Source of the DNA: Lingula anatina
Taxonomy: Eukaryota > Animalia > Brachiopoda
Assembly: GCA_051362555.1 (NCBI GenBank)
Contig: CM120641.1
Coordinates: 35,222,401-35,286,400 of the forward strand
Length of the DNA: 64,000 nucleotides
Direction of reading: 5' to 3'
Positions within the stretch are counted from its first letter, which is position 1. The number at the start of each line of letters is the position of its first letter. The notes below the pieces were generated by a model. It saw only the letters and a list, made by a program, of their open reading frames with translations. It did not search any database and had not been told where the DNA came from. The position numbers and the translations under genes were made by a program. Below are positions 1-13,220 of the stretch, piece by piece.

Positions 1-191
1 ATAACTAGTTACAAAAACATTAATGCTTAATTCTTTCTACTTTGTATAAAGAGTTTTTCCAAACTTGTGTTGCATTCCCTTTTATATGGATAAATTGTGA
101 TCGTTTATTTGAAAACTTAAGTTATGATGTTATGAATCACAATTCATTTTAGAAGTAACTCTAAAACAGATATTAGGGATATATCATTTAA

Positions 192-193
<2 letters not shown>

Positions 194-225
<32 letters not shown>
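194..225 (+). repeat. Poly(A) tract
   Basis: Homopolymer run of about 32 A. Confidence 0.9.
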
Positions 226-228
<3 letters not shown>

Positions 229-752
229 GAATTAAATTTAAAAACATAGAAAACTCTAATCTCCCCACAAATATATATAAAAACATAAACAAATATAATG
301 GAGACGTTGGATTGTTAACGATTGTATTTAGTTCAAATGGCATTTATTTGTCAACTTCATTTTTCTTCATGAGTTTACCACAATATTTACCCCCATTCGC
401 CCTTAAAAAATAGGGTATGAAGGAAGCTTTTACTGGCTCGAGGTGATTTTAATTCTAGGAAGTAACAGTGACATCGGGAAAATGTTGATTTGGATAAACT
501 GTCTTGAACAAATAAAGAAAGTGAATTTTACATTGAGCATTGAGTAAAAAGAATGGAATTCGTTATAAAAAAATCGGTTTTTAATGGAGTGTTTCACGCT
601 GATAATTTGACTCCCTTGCCTTTGATTTTAATACACAATTTGACTTGACAACCGGTATACTGAAATTAAGTAAAATTACAAACGATTTGGAATGAAATAC
701 TAGGCTGAAAATAAATAAACAAATAAATAAGCAAATAAATCATACATTACAG

Positions 753-3700
753 AAGGCGCTTTCAAGAAGTTGAAATCGGACGGCAACGGAACGGCGGGTT
801 CCATCTCAAGCAGCACGACCACCCCCGGGCACAACCCTGCAGCCTGCCCCACCCCGGCCCGGCGGCGGCACAGGACGACGTTCACCCAAGAGCAACTCCA
901 AGAACTGGAGGCGGCGTTTGCCAAGAGCCACTATCCTGATATCTACTGCAGGGAAGAGTTGGCAAGAATAACAAAACTGAACGAAGCTAGAATACAGGTA
1001 TTTCAATATATGGAGCTTTTATGAAAATGATTAGAAATTTTCTTAATGGGTCTCATACGGTGTTTTGGCAAAAAAAAAAATTTTTTTTTTCAGAAATTAA
1101 AAAGTATTTTCAGAAGTCATTGACCGTTATTCTAACGAGTTCCACAGTGATAAAAACAATAAATATATTTTAAAACCTCGTTTAATCGTCTCTTGCCTGG
1201 AGCAAAATAAACGTTTAAGCGCATTTCTTCCATTTCACTTCTCGTTAAGAGAAAACATGAAAATTTATGACAATGAAAGGCACGTATATTGTTCTTTCGG
1301 TCTTGATTTTAGTAACATTTTGTCAATTTAAAGATTTTTATTTCTCAAAAGAATCAATCGCATTTCTCCTGATAGTTTACGTACTTGTGTCATACCAATA
1401 AAATGACTGAAAATGAAAAAAAGCGTCACCAATGAAATAATTCAGTTTCAAATCTACTTTAAAAAAAGTTTCTACAAAAGCAAAATAGTTCAGCGTTTTA
1501 CAATTATCAATTGCCGTTCCTGCGTTTGCAACTGATGCATATATTAGTATTTTACTGACTTAAATCTTCTAATTTGATTTTCAAAGCCAGAATGAGATTT
1601 TTTGTGCTTCTATAGGACTGGATAATATATCATTCATTTTTTTAAATCGAAAAAATGCGATTGCAGATAATTGGTGATTTACAATGAAAGAAATAAGATC
1701 TCACTCACATATGTGTACAGATGATAATGTCTCCATTGCCAGTTTTCAATATTAGATTTGGGAAAAGTGGTAAAGAATAACACCACGTTGTTCGAATTCT
1801 CAAGGTACATCTTGTGCATTAAATCCAAAAGAAATGGCTCGTGAGTTGTTAAACCCGGAGGATTTAAAAATTAATGCTCCGCGTCGGTAAGAACGCGCCG
1901 GTTAAGATTTAATTAGTTACCATGTCCTTGAGATCTTTGTGTAAGTGCCAAGTGTTAAAGGAGATAATGAAGACATGCCACTGCCGAACAACACTTACTT
2001 TAATATCGGACCACGTATTAAATACTTTTGCCGCTCAAGTTTTACTATGTCCTTTTTTTTTTTTTTTATTGTCGCTTCCAATTACTTTGATCTTTGTGAT
2101 TACGCCAAAAAGTTTTTCGATATGCTTTGGAAGTTTTATTTCGTCCTTGACTTTCCATTTTAATGCACTCTCGCGTTAAGTACATTAATAAGAATGAAAC
2201 ATGCAAACAATTTGATTACTGATTTTTAAAACTTATAGAATATTTACAAACTTTGTTGACATTGCCTTTTTATACTTAACTAGGCAATTTCAGTGTTTTC
2301 AATTACTCAGCCAAAGGTTCCGTTGACCTGGTCACTTTTCCTTGATAACATGGAAACCTATAAATTTGTGATTTCTATTGCCGACTATTTAGTTAAACCG
2401 ATCTTTGGCCTGGGTTTGCACCTTCCTACGTTCTATAGTATGGGTGGTATGGTGTAGTAAGACGAGTAGTGATATCCCATTAGTTCTAATCACTGCTCAA
2501 ACAACGAGATGAATTAATTTCATAAAACTTGCCTTCTTGGAAGTCAATTGTTCCTATTGCTTACCATATTCAACCGACTCTTGATCATAATCAAGTTTTG
2601 AGGCACAAGTGTGAATCAAGTTAAGAGTTGAAAACTACAGGGAAGAGACAAAAAAATTCAATTTCGTTCACCAGTTGTGTATTCCACAGGCGAAAGATGC
2701 CATGCATTAACCAATGCAATGTTACAATTTCCGCTTCAGTATCTCCGGGTCCGAGTTAGTCCCGCTTGCTGTTGCCTTCACTGGGCCGTATTCACTACCA
2801 TTAGAAGGCCTGTCATTTCCCATTTATTTTCGCAACTCCCTCGAGTCTTCTTGTGAGTATGTTTGAAAAAGAAGACGGTACAAATCGATCCCTAATGAAG
2901 TCGGGGATTCGATCGGGCAGACAGGATAGCAATTAAAATGTCATCCCCATCTTGTTCTCCCCCAGATGATGGTCCCAGACTGAGAGGAATTTGCTTTCAA
3001 TTAGTGACCCCATTGTTAATTAATCAACGGGAGTTAATTGATTAATGTCAGTAAATTGAAATTTATGTGTTGCGTTGGATTTTTTTTGTTATCCATAGAT
3101 TAAAAACCTATTTTCAAAAGTCGGAATTCATTTTCAAAATGGCGTTTCTTTAGATGAAGCATGTTTCCAAATATATACTAGTTGCAGAGCATAAAAGTTT
3201 GTGGAACTTTGGATACTGTTATCTAATGTTTCCAACAAAACTTGCAAAATTATGTCTAGCCAACGAATTCTAGATATTGTTTACTCAAATCCAAACATTA
3301 TGTCTTATGTTAATTGATTTAAAGCACAAAATAAAGATAATTATACTATATACATACTTCATATAAAAATTGAACGCAATGTTGATTTGATTATCCCCAC
3401 GCTCCAATTTATTCTTAGCTATGCGGACAAAAGAGGCGCCGTGCTGTTTTTTTTTCACAATTCTTGTCCGCCTGGCGAGCGGTAAGGAATACGGTAGCAG
3501 GTGTTATACATGAATTTGCCTTCGTATGGTAATACAGCCTTGCATCGGTGATAATTGAACACTTGAATCATGTCCCAAATGAAGGAGAAATGTCAATTGA
3601 AACACTAATCAAATTACCAGAATTTCCATATTTAACTAATACCTCAGCGAGTCGAGAAGCTCTTCGGATTGGCTAAACTTAACTTGAGGCACAGCGTGGA

Positions 3701-6414
3701 GGCGAGTTTGTTCCCTTCCATCAGAGCTAGGGAGTTATTTTAGCCATTTGCTTTTATGTTTATGTTCCATTTATCTATCTAATGCTTGTTTATTTTTTTC
3801 TATCTACTTTTTCATTTGCCCTGAACAGAAATATTTGAAATGTTTTTTTTTGTCTTGCTTCAAGGATTCAGTATTAGAAATGTGTATCCTATTGAATACA
3901 AAAAGTGGCAAATAATTCTGAATGTAGAAATGCAGTTAATTGGGTAAAAAAATGACATATCACCTCAATGCCAGATAACAGACAAGGAAGACTACACATC
4001 CGCTTAAAAGTCAATTAGTTCGACATTCAGAGAGACACGGAAAAAATCTGAGGAAAGCAAAAAGATTGAAATCCAAATCCTTCTCCTCACACTGAACTAA
4101 GTTTAACTTAGTAAGAGATACGTACGACAATTCAATTTTTCAAATCAAGAGAAATTTACGTTCTTTGCCACGTATCATCCAGTCCGAAAATGTAATTTAT
4201 GCGGATCACTTCTTCTATACTCTGGTAAATTTATTAGATTTTCTGAAGTTGTACCTTGTCCTTTCGTTTCCATTCTTACAAGCATTCCATTAACCCTCCC
4301 CGAGGGTGAAGACTTGTATTCCTCAACAAGTTAACAATGAAGTAAACTAAATTACAGCAGTGTAGATGGCAACGTTTCAATCCCCCAGGTAAGATTACAT
4401 ACAATAGCATTAGATATCAATTGTTAGTGGATGGTACTTGTACAAATCTCGACCATTTTCGGCTCTGCCTCGATTTCTTCAACCACTGCCATGGATCTCC
4501 ACTTGGTGATCTCGAGTCCAGCGGATTAGAGGATTTAAGAAGAATTTACCTGCAAGCAGTAGTTTTATTGATATCTGCCAATTATCTACTTATTGTAGAG
4601 ATCAAGCAAAAGTGGACATGTTTTGATGACTAAAGTACAGTGATATTTCAGATGGTTCTGTTGCCGGTACAAGGTATCAATAACCATGATAAGCGTACGT
4701 CGAATAATAAGTTTCGTCGAAAAAAATTCAGTTACCACCGATAAAACAAAATGGAACAACAGATGACTTTGATGCCAATGATGTTTCCCCTAATCGCATG
4801 GACCAGATAGTGTAAATTTTATTTGCTTGAAATCCCTGCCCATTGATGTATATCCTGCACTTAGTTCTGGTTCGTGGGAGTTAAGAATTATAAAAGATTG
4901 AAGACAAGCTTGGTGACTGCACTTATCACCATCAGAATATAGCAAAAAATAAAACTGATGAAGTAAGGTGGTTCACCTCATCCAACAAGGGACGTCTAAG
5001 AACAACCTATATTAAAGATGCAAAAGATGCGCTGTTCACCATGAAACAACAACAACAATGATAATAGTGATGGAATGATAAAAAGTCAGATAGGAAAACG
5101 AAAGAAAGCTTTTTAATGTATTATGCAATGGATCTAACAGTTATGAATTCGTATTTTGTAAATAAATCTTAACACATAATGCGTAGCATTCTTCAATTTT
5201 AATATTCTAAAATTTGAGTTGAGTGTAATCATAGTCTATCCCTAGCGACAGTCGATCTGCTAAATTTATGACATATTATGCCGATATCGCCGAATATGTA
5301 AATGCAAGGAATAAAGTTCCTATCTAATTTTGGTTAAAGGTACACTGAACGCATTTGAAATCTCAAAGTTATATTTTCTATGTCTACGAGACATATCCTT
5401 CAGAGCGCCCAAGCTTTTCCAATTCAGACAGAAAAATCTATAAAACCCCTCAAATAAGAGTAACTGTCGTCGATGGTTCCTTCTGAAATGTACAGGAAGA
5501 CACGGTGTTTTAAATGACTCACCAGTCATTTAGAACTAAACCAGTGAATTAAAAATGGAATTCAAGCGCAGGGGCGGGTCGACCAAAGACTCGCGAGAAG
5601 TAAAAAGTAGTTTTTTCCCGACGAAATCCCGTGTACAGTAGGCCCCTATCTTTAATTTTTAAAAGAAAATCACAGAAATCGTATTTAAAGTTAATACGCT
5701 TAATATGTGCTCGATCACCCAACGTCAGAATTGTGCATTCCATGCAAATACATATAAATGAAGATAGCAATAAAGCTATATATATATATCGTCGTATCAT
5801 GATATGCGTGCGCACCTATTGTAGATAGAGTATCAAAGCATCACATTAAATGCAAATACTGTTAAAAATGTAGCGAAAACAGGTGACAGGAATTTACACA
5901 GTATAATAAACACATTGTTGTACTATGAAAGTAGACAATTTTATGTATTTTAAACCTCAATAACGTATGTGTTTTTTATAAGCACTCTTTTTTTTCGGAC
6001 CCGGGTGTGGTTTGTTTAATATTTTATCTTATTATTTTACAGTGATTCTTTTGAATAAACGAATAAATAAATATAAATTTCCATATTTAAGAAGCTCTTC
6101 GGATTGGCTAAACTAAACCTGAGGCACAGCGTGGAGACAAATCTGTTTCCTTCGAACTGAGCTAGAGAGTTTTTTTAGCCATTTACTTTTATGTTTATAT
6201 TCCATTTAACTGTTAAATCGGGCCCGTACCCAGCAATTTCAAAAGGGGGGTTCTTTTTCTGAAAAAGTGGACCTTTTTCCATAAAAACTCCATGTACCTA
6301 GATCAAATTTTACTCAGAGTGGACCTTTTCCTAGCAAAAAGGGCGGTTCTTTCGAACCCCCTGAACCCCCCCTGGCTACGGGACTGTAAATGTTTTTTTT
6401 AATTTATCTTAAAA

Positions 6415-6465
<51 letters not shown>

Positions 6466-8729
6466 ATACCATTACAGAAAGTAATAATTAAAAGTATTGT
6501 GATTTTGAATATTACATCGTTGTCCAGCTAACATCACATTCTTGTCATGTACAGGCCTGTTTTGAAAGGAAAATTGACAGGACAATTCATTTATTATATT
6601 AGTTTTTAGGAACAGTAAAAAATGCCTCTTGTTCGTAAAGTAGATAGCAACAATGATTAAAGATTTATATAAAATAGCAGAAGAGATTTTCGTAAAAGTG
6701 ACATTTAAGGTCAAATAGGTAATTAAATGTAAAAGGAGCGAGAGGGAGATTCCTCCTATCTGAGTCTGTGAAAAATCCATCACTTAATGCGTTTCTCAAA
6801 TTTCCAGGTGTGGTTTCAGAACCGTCGCGCAAAATACCGCAAACAAGAGAAGCAGCTGGCCAAGTCTCTGTCTCCAGTCATCCCGACCTGTAACTCTATG
6901 ATGCGTAACATCTACCCGACAACGTCGCGGGGTTACCCCTATCCCACGCACACCAACATGAACAGTATGAGCGCTATGAACCGTTACCCACAGATGCCAG
7001 GGTCGTCGTACCCGTCCATGGCCCAGTTCTCCAGCATGCCAGGGCCCCCGGGGAATATCTCCAGTATATCTAACATACCCAACATCTCCAACATCACACC
7101 TGGGATGCAGAGGCAGCAGCTCTCCATGGCAACGGATTACAATCTGGTAAGGATCTTCTATTCTCCCTCGCTTCCTGTGAAATACATGTTCGAAATGTTG
7201 TAATTTGTCCAGGTATAAGTTTATTTTGCCAGAACTGTGTATATTAAGTCACAAATATATGGCAAGGTTTACAATTCAATCAATGTATTTTACCTAGACT
7301 TAATCAGATAAGTATCTAATTGATACAATTATCGACCCCAAATGGCGACAGATGATTAAATAAATAGATACGATATGAAATATCATAATGAAAACATTTT
7401 CTGATGTTATAGTATTTAATGAATTTGATAAAAAAAAAAAGCTTGTGAGGGACGAAATGGCTTTACAATTTCCACCAGCAGTTCAGCTGGATGTATCAGG
7501 CTTGCCATATAAATAATTCTGAGTGTGCAGTGGATTTTTATCTTCACTGTGAGCGTAAAACGTTTTCATTACGTGATTATCTAGTTGTTAAAGGGATAAT
7601 AACTATTCGTATGAGATCTATATTTCACAATAAAAACATTGTGAACAACTCATAGAAAAATGATATACCACAAAAACGGCAGTTATAGCTATTATTCTGA
7701 TATCTGAGCTTGTCTTTGGACCACGTGACCTCCATTGATGGCTATTCTCTGTTATAATCTCTTAAGAGATTATAACAAACAAAAAAACTTTTTAGAAAAA
7801 AACCAGGGACTAACTTTGAATGTAAAAATGGATTCATTAACCATTGGTAAGTATGGGAAAATTGTTGTTTACTCCAGGAAAATTCATTTTTTGTCCAAAG
7901 CGAAGAGTTATTATCCCTTTAAATTTAAAACTAGAAGAGCACTCCGAGAGCGCAGATCTCCGCCAAGGCAGCAAAGTCTCCACCCAATGCCGTTTCACCC
8001 CTAAATTTTCATTACCTAAATTTTCATTACCTCCGCCAAGGAGGTTATGTTTTCTTCTATAATGATTTAGTTTTTTTTATTATTATTATTGATTATTGAT
8101 TGATTATTGAGCTAATCATCTGTTCCTTGGCCCACTTCTGACAGTTCCTGAAAATTTCATCAAAATCGGTCCATAACTTTTGAGTTATGTTGATGACAGA
8201 CAAACAAACAAACAAACAAACAGGGGTGAAAACATAGCCTCCCTGCCGGAGGTAATGAAGTGCACAAAAATAATTTTGAATAAATCAGCATGTCAAATTC
8301 TCAGTTTGAATTTGTCTCAAAATATTTCGATTTGGGACAGAGCTTGAGGCCAATTTTTTAAAACCTGACCTTTGTTTTTAGTATATGATTGCATTTTGAT
8401 TACTTTATTTATTTATTTATTTTTTGGTTTACAGTTACATTTTTCAGAAAATACAAAAAAATTGATTTGATAGACAGAAGTACCAAGATTCATTTACCCT
8501 TGCCAGGCATAAACATAAAGCCTAAAAATAACTTATAATTGCTTCGCGAATGGAGCAATCCATCCATGAAAAAAAATCAACATATTTGCACGAGAAAAAC
8601 GTTTCTCAGCTAATTGATTCTTCGTTTCAGGAGCTACACGAGGACGACTGGTATAACAAGAGTCTGACTGCGCTGCGCATGAACAACCCCCACCCCTCTC
8701 TAGCTAACACGCTGCAGTACCAAACGTAA
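753..8729 (+). CDS. PROP1: Prop-family paired-class (Q50) homeobox transcription factor, 5'-partial. Exons 753-997, 6808-7146, 8631-8729
   Basis: The spliced homeodomain [46 protein letters not shown]|[14 protein letters not shown] has the RRRHRTTF start typical of Prop and the classic paired-class intron between Q46 and V47 (GT at 998, AG at 6806-6807). The last exon [17 protein letters not shown]...QT* recalls the EDWY motif of vertebrate PROP1. All junctions are GT-AG and in phase. The start exon lies upstream of the window. Confidence 0.88.
3655..3780 (+). repeat. About 120-bp interspersed repeat, copy 1
   Basis: AGAAGCTCTTCGGATTGGCTAAACT...GAGGCACAGCGTGGAG...TTAGCCATTT...TTCCATTTA recurs in direct orientation at about 6090-6210. 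Confidence 0.85.
6090..6218 (+). repeat. About 120-bp interspersed repeat, copy 2, with a MITE inserted at its 3' end
   Basis: Diverged direct copy of 3655-3780. Confidence 0.85.
6219..6386. mobile_element. MITE, 168 bp, with hAT-like termini and a 5-bp TSD (TAAAT)
   Basis: Imperfect TIRs CGGGCCCGTACCCAG and CTGGCTACGGGACTG. TAAAT directly flanks both ends (6214-6218, 6387-6391). Internal GTGGACCTTTT repeats. Confidence 0.8.
6413..6467 (+). repeat. (TAAA)n microsatellite
   Basis: Perfect tetranucleotide run. Confidence 0.95.
7929..8256. mobile_element. Helentron-associated (HINE/DINE-like) non-autonomous element with a nested inverted end fragment
   Basis: Starts AACTAGAAGAGCACTCCGAGAGCGCAGATCTCCGCCAAGG, a subterminal repeat complementary to the 3' end. 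Contains a GACA/CAAA microsatellite (about 8196-8222) and ends in the hairpin CCTCC-CTGCC-GGAGG-TAAT. An inverted end copy ATTACCTCCGCCAAGGAGGTTATGTTTT lies at about 8026-8053. Confidence 0.65.
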
Positions 8730-9274
8730 TTCGACATTAGGGAAACTATTTCAAAAGCTGCAGTTCAGCTTCACATGAATTTCACTTATTTTGAAATAAG
8801 TAAAATTGTGCTTCCAGTAACCCAAAAATGTTGATGATTTTATGTGCAATAGAATACTTTATACATAAGAACTGCCATTCAACAAAGCGTTGATAGAAAT
8901 ACGTGTCTCAGTACATGTATGGGAATATAGTTCTCCTATAGATATCAGTGCCAATTTTAGAGCTGTTTTCTTTATGGACAAAAATGACGCCGCTCAGTTG
9001 TTTGTTGTGCAGTTTGCATCATACATAATTCATATATATTTAAAAAAGTAAAACTTTGCACAATTTATATCAATGATGTCATACTCTGATTATTTGTGTG
9101 ACATGGACATAATGTATTTACATAGACTAATAATGCACTCATATTCCAAAGCATGATTATGGATATTCTTATTGGATATTTTGCAAATCTATTTGTAGAG
9201 CACATGCTTTATGTGTTTTTATTTATTCGATATCCCAAGATGATGTTATTTATTGTTTATGTTTAAAAAGGTGC

Positions 9275-9280
9275 AATAAA
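9275..9280 (+). terminator. Candidate polyadenylation signal (AATAAA) of the Prop gene
   Basis: AATAAA about 550 nt after the stop codon, followed by T-rich sequence. AT-rich context limits specificity. Confidence 0.4.
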
Positions 9281-10685
9281 ATTAATTCAGTCTTTTTTAT
9301 TAACAACAGTCTTAAATGTTATTATTGTTATGTGAAAATTCAGTGACATGGCCCATTTATTTTTCAGTGAGCCTATAGATTGACAGGTTATTATAAATTA
9401 CAACTGTAAATAAACTTTAAACGCAATCAAACAAACAAAACTATAAGCACTTTTCACTCAAGGTAGTGGTTCTTACCAGTCAAGATGGACAAACAGTAAT
9501 GCACATTTACTACAAATACTGCCAAATACGGGACAAACATCACGCGTAGGCTTACTGTTCCCAATTTTTTCTAGCGAAGTGAAATCTAACGCAGGGTGTA
9601 CCTTGTGGGTAGATTTCATCATTGCGCAGAACCACCAAATATTTATCACTGTTTGAACTACACTGCATATACATATCAATCCATCTGAAGAAATTCTGGT
9701 CCAGCGACCCTTCTCTGCTGCCAGGTCGTGTGACAATAATTCTGCAGGACTACCACCTTCCTTTCTGTTTCACCAGGCCAGAATACCATTCCCTTGATTC
9801 ATGGCCAATGATGAATACTTCAGTTTCAAAATATAAATTTTTCTGAAGCATAATTAAGCTCAAAAACATTTTTATTAAGATGCGGTCATTCAATTTTTAC
9901 TTGCGGACTGTTGGCACGTGTTTTTGTTCGTTCCATTTGCAATCAACCTGAGAGTGCTGCATTTTAGCATTTACTTTTTAACTGAAATAAACTTTTTAAA
10001 AATCAGAAATAAAAAATTTGTATCATTAAATGGATACAAAAATAAATAAATAAACGTTAAATTTTCTTTCCCACAAACTGTGATGAAATTAGTCATGGCA
10101 TAGTTTTACAGGTGGTCTTAGGATAATGGCGACGCTGGGCTAATCAATTTGAGGGATGACACATTCGAAACTACTATCTAATACTTTATTTTCAGTTGTC
10201 AATTGGAAGCAAGGCACAGAATGAGAAGACAAACAAACTATGGAGAGTCTACATTCTACAAACATCACAAACACCTTAGCATCTAAACAAAACGCGCATA
10301 AATAACTATATATGCAAAACAGTCAACTGGAAATTGCTCTTGCAGACATCACTCATGTTTACGTAAAATAACTACAACTATATATATATATGTTTCTAGT
10401 TTTATACTGGAAAATGTCGAGAAATAATTTGATAAAAGTAAAGAGATTCATTATTTGCATAGTGTAAAATCTTAGCACCTTTCGGTAAAGCACCTTAAAA
10501 TGTAGGTGGATTGTTTGACTGGTGGAAATTTTCATATATTCTTCATGATCAAAAATGGTTCATACCATACAGCACAAAAAGTCAACTGTCGATGTATCAT
10601 TTCCACCAAAATTCCAATTAAATTTATAAATATGCACTGAAATCTATTTCACATATTTAATTCAAATTCAGCTGTAATCTACTGT

Positions 10686-12018
10686 TCAAGGATGAGGTGG
10701 CTGCTGCTGTTGTTGCATATGCTGTTGCTGCTGTTGTTGATGTTGGTCCATTTGTTGTTGTTGGTGTATCCTTGCATTTTCCTGGTTTCTCTTCTGCGCT
10801 GTGACAAACTCAGTGTAATCAATGTAGCCGTCATTGCTGGAATCGTCCTCCCTGAGAATTGTCTCCACCATATTGCTGATCTCCTCATCTGCTAAAGCCT
10901 TCTGCACATTATTTGGATCATTTTCTGCAAAGAAAACAAAGTAAACTTTCTAATGATGAAGGCATAATTTGAATATTTATTTCAAAAAATATATTTTTCT
11001 TCTCAAAAAATTTAGACTATATGTAATACTGAAGATTGATATTATGGGTAAAGAGCTTGAATAGTTGAATGTTTTGATAATAACTTTTACATCATTTAAT
11101 ATAACATAAACATGTTACAAGCATCTGAGAAAACTAAATCCTTTTCAGAATTTCTCAGTCCTGTGTATCTCCAAAGTCATCATTTCAAACTACATCTAGT
11201 TGGTTTAAGGTTCTGTGGACAGATAAACATGGACAAAGGACAAATTATAACTACTAACCATGATGAAAATGAGTCATAGCTTTGCTCAACTCTAGACCAT
11301 CCAATTTGTTGTTGTGATCATAATCATGCATTTTGAAATAATAAAACTGAATTTCCTGCTCGCTCATTTTGCTGAAGTCTACATTAGCTTTGCCATCCAA
11401 GTGTTCTTTCAAATGCCTGAATAAGAAATGAGAAGAAATACAATAAATCTACACAAAAAAAGTTTCAAAGTAAGATAATGAGAAATGAAATCTAGTACTG
11501 GATCTCATGTTGAAATAGGGATCACAATGTTTCGATCTCAGCTTCAACGTAAGATCCAGTATTGATTTTATTTCTCATTATCTTAGTATAATATAGCTGG
11601 ATGAATCAAAACATTCATTTTTATATTTAAAGGATTCAATCTTTACCTTTGTCCCTTAATGTTTTCTATTCAACAACAATGCTGCAAATGTTAATCGATT
11701 GCTTCAATACTTTGAAACATTTTTATATAAATCATATGCACAATAACATAATCTTTTGTACACCTATATACATGTATATACTGTGTTAAATAACCATACA
11801 AAAAAGTCACAATATCTGACACTAGATATCCCTGAGGAAGGCAATAACAAGCAGACTTATAAACCAATTCATACTTACTCAGCATCATTTACGTGATGTG
11901 CATCATGCATTCTGACATTCTGTCCACCTCCCTGTGGCTGCTGATGATGTTCACCATGGCCATATACATGTACAGTCCCCACTAGTAATAACCCTGCTGA
12001 TAGTAATAGCCACTTCAT
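10686..12018 (-). CDS. MCFD2: Multiple coagulation factor deficiency protein 2 homolog (secretory EF-hand cargo receptor subunit), about 178 aa. Exons 12018-11879, 11416-11259, 10924-10686
   Basis: Signal peptide [20 protein letters not shown], then EHLKEHL...[21 protein letters not shown] (EF-hand 1) and [18 protein letters not shown] (EF-hand 2), matching MCFD2 family motifs. Splice phases are consistent. An acceptor AG sits one base before the ATG, and donor sites near 12821-12840 suggest a non-coding first exon. Confidence 0.93.
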
Positions 12019-12819
12019 TCTGAATAGGCTTGAGAGAACTCTGAAATCCATTATCATATCGGGTTAATGTTATTCCTCGTTAAGGCATAAGTTATATTTA
12101 CAAATGGCTTTACAAAAAGCCCAAAATCCATTCTTTTCTTGACATAAAATCAAAGATATGTGACTAAAGTACAGTTAGTGAACATTATCATAATATACTA
12201 CTAACTTAATTCATAGACACCAAATCTGAGTTTTATGGAAAATATTTTTAAAAACCCATCACATATTTTAATCAAGTAAGTATGCTTTTAGTAAATCTGG
12301 ATTCCCAATAGAGAGGCTTAAAATCTCCAATAATATCTCACAGTACAGAGAAAAAAGGTAAAATTATAAATGAATAATTTGACATTTTGGAAAACTATGA
12401 AATGGAACAATACCCCCCTCCCCCAAAATTTACAACGTATGAAACAATATTATACACTTATAATTTAAAAAGTATACTATATAGTACTTCATGCAAGCTG
12501 TAAAACAGGTAACAGAGGAAAGAATAAAGAAAACACGAAACAGAAGCAGAATATTTTCAATTTCCTCCAACAACAATTTTTGATATTTAAAGCGACAAAC
12601 CATTTGGCAATCGCGAGCCGCCCTTACGACATTATTATGTACTAGTACGTTCCAGCTTCAGTGCACAGATGTCGCAGATGTTCACATCACCAGCGCAATA
12701 ATTAGCAAAATAAGTTTTAAATGCAGACCAACACAGGGCAGTGAGCGTAGTTTAATCCACTATTAGACGCCCCAATTAACATGGGAAGTGTACGTACGAT
12801 TAAAATTACGTGTGAAAAT

Positions 12820-13220
12820 CTTACCTGTCTGTATTTACCTGGTCAACGTGTCACTGCAGCAGCCGATTTCGATTTCATATCGAGGCTGAACATACCCTTT
12901 AAGAGATTTTGTAATTTTGCTAATCTTCCTTTGCATCAAATTGAGTTACAGCTATAGTAATATATAAGGCATATCATTGTTAAATACTTATTCCAATGCA
13001 TTAAATGGATATTAATTTAATTGCATTTCAGATAGTAATTGGTGTTTGAGACTAAAACATACTCTTTCCGTGGAAAAGGAAGGAAAATGCGATTTGATAA
13101 CAGGTTTCTTTGGTTTGTGTGCAACTTGCTGCACAACATTATGGACAAGGAGCAAGCACCTATGAGCCGCTTTCAAAACTTACTGGTCCCCTGCTACATG
13201 GCTTTTTGTTAAAACTGGAT
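12820..13220. promoter_or_regulatory. Probable bidirectional promoter region between MCFD2 and TAF1A
   Basis: Head-to-head gene arrangement with the putative first exons a few hundred bp apart. Locally more CpG than the flanks. Transcription start sites cannot be determined from sequence. Confidence 0.5.

Noticed and set aside
3960-5100. Less AT-rich block in the Prop intron that might be a decayed retroelement
   Set aside because: No RT, endonuclease or transposase motif or terminal structure could be recognised. BLASTX against Repbase would be needed.
10679-10895. Leu-rich and Asn-rich ORFs (10692-10895 +, 10679-10888 -)
   Set aside because: Antisense and alternate-frame shadows of the MCFD2 polyQ exon.
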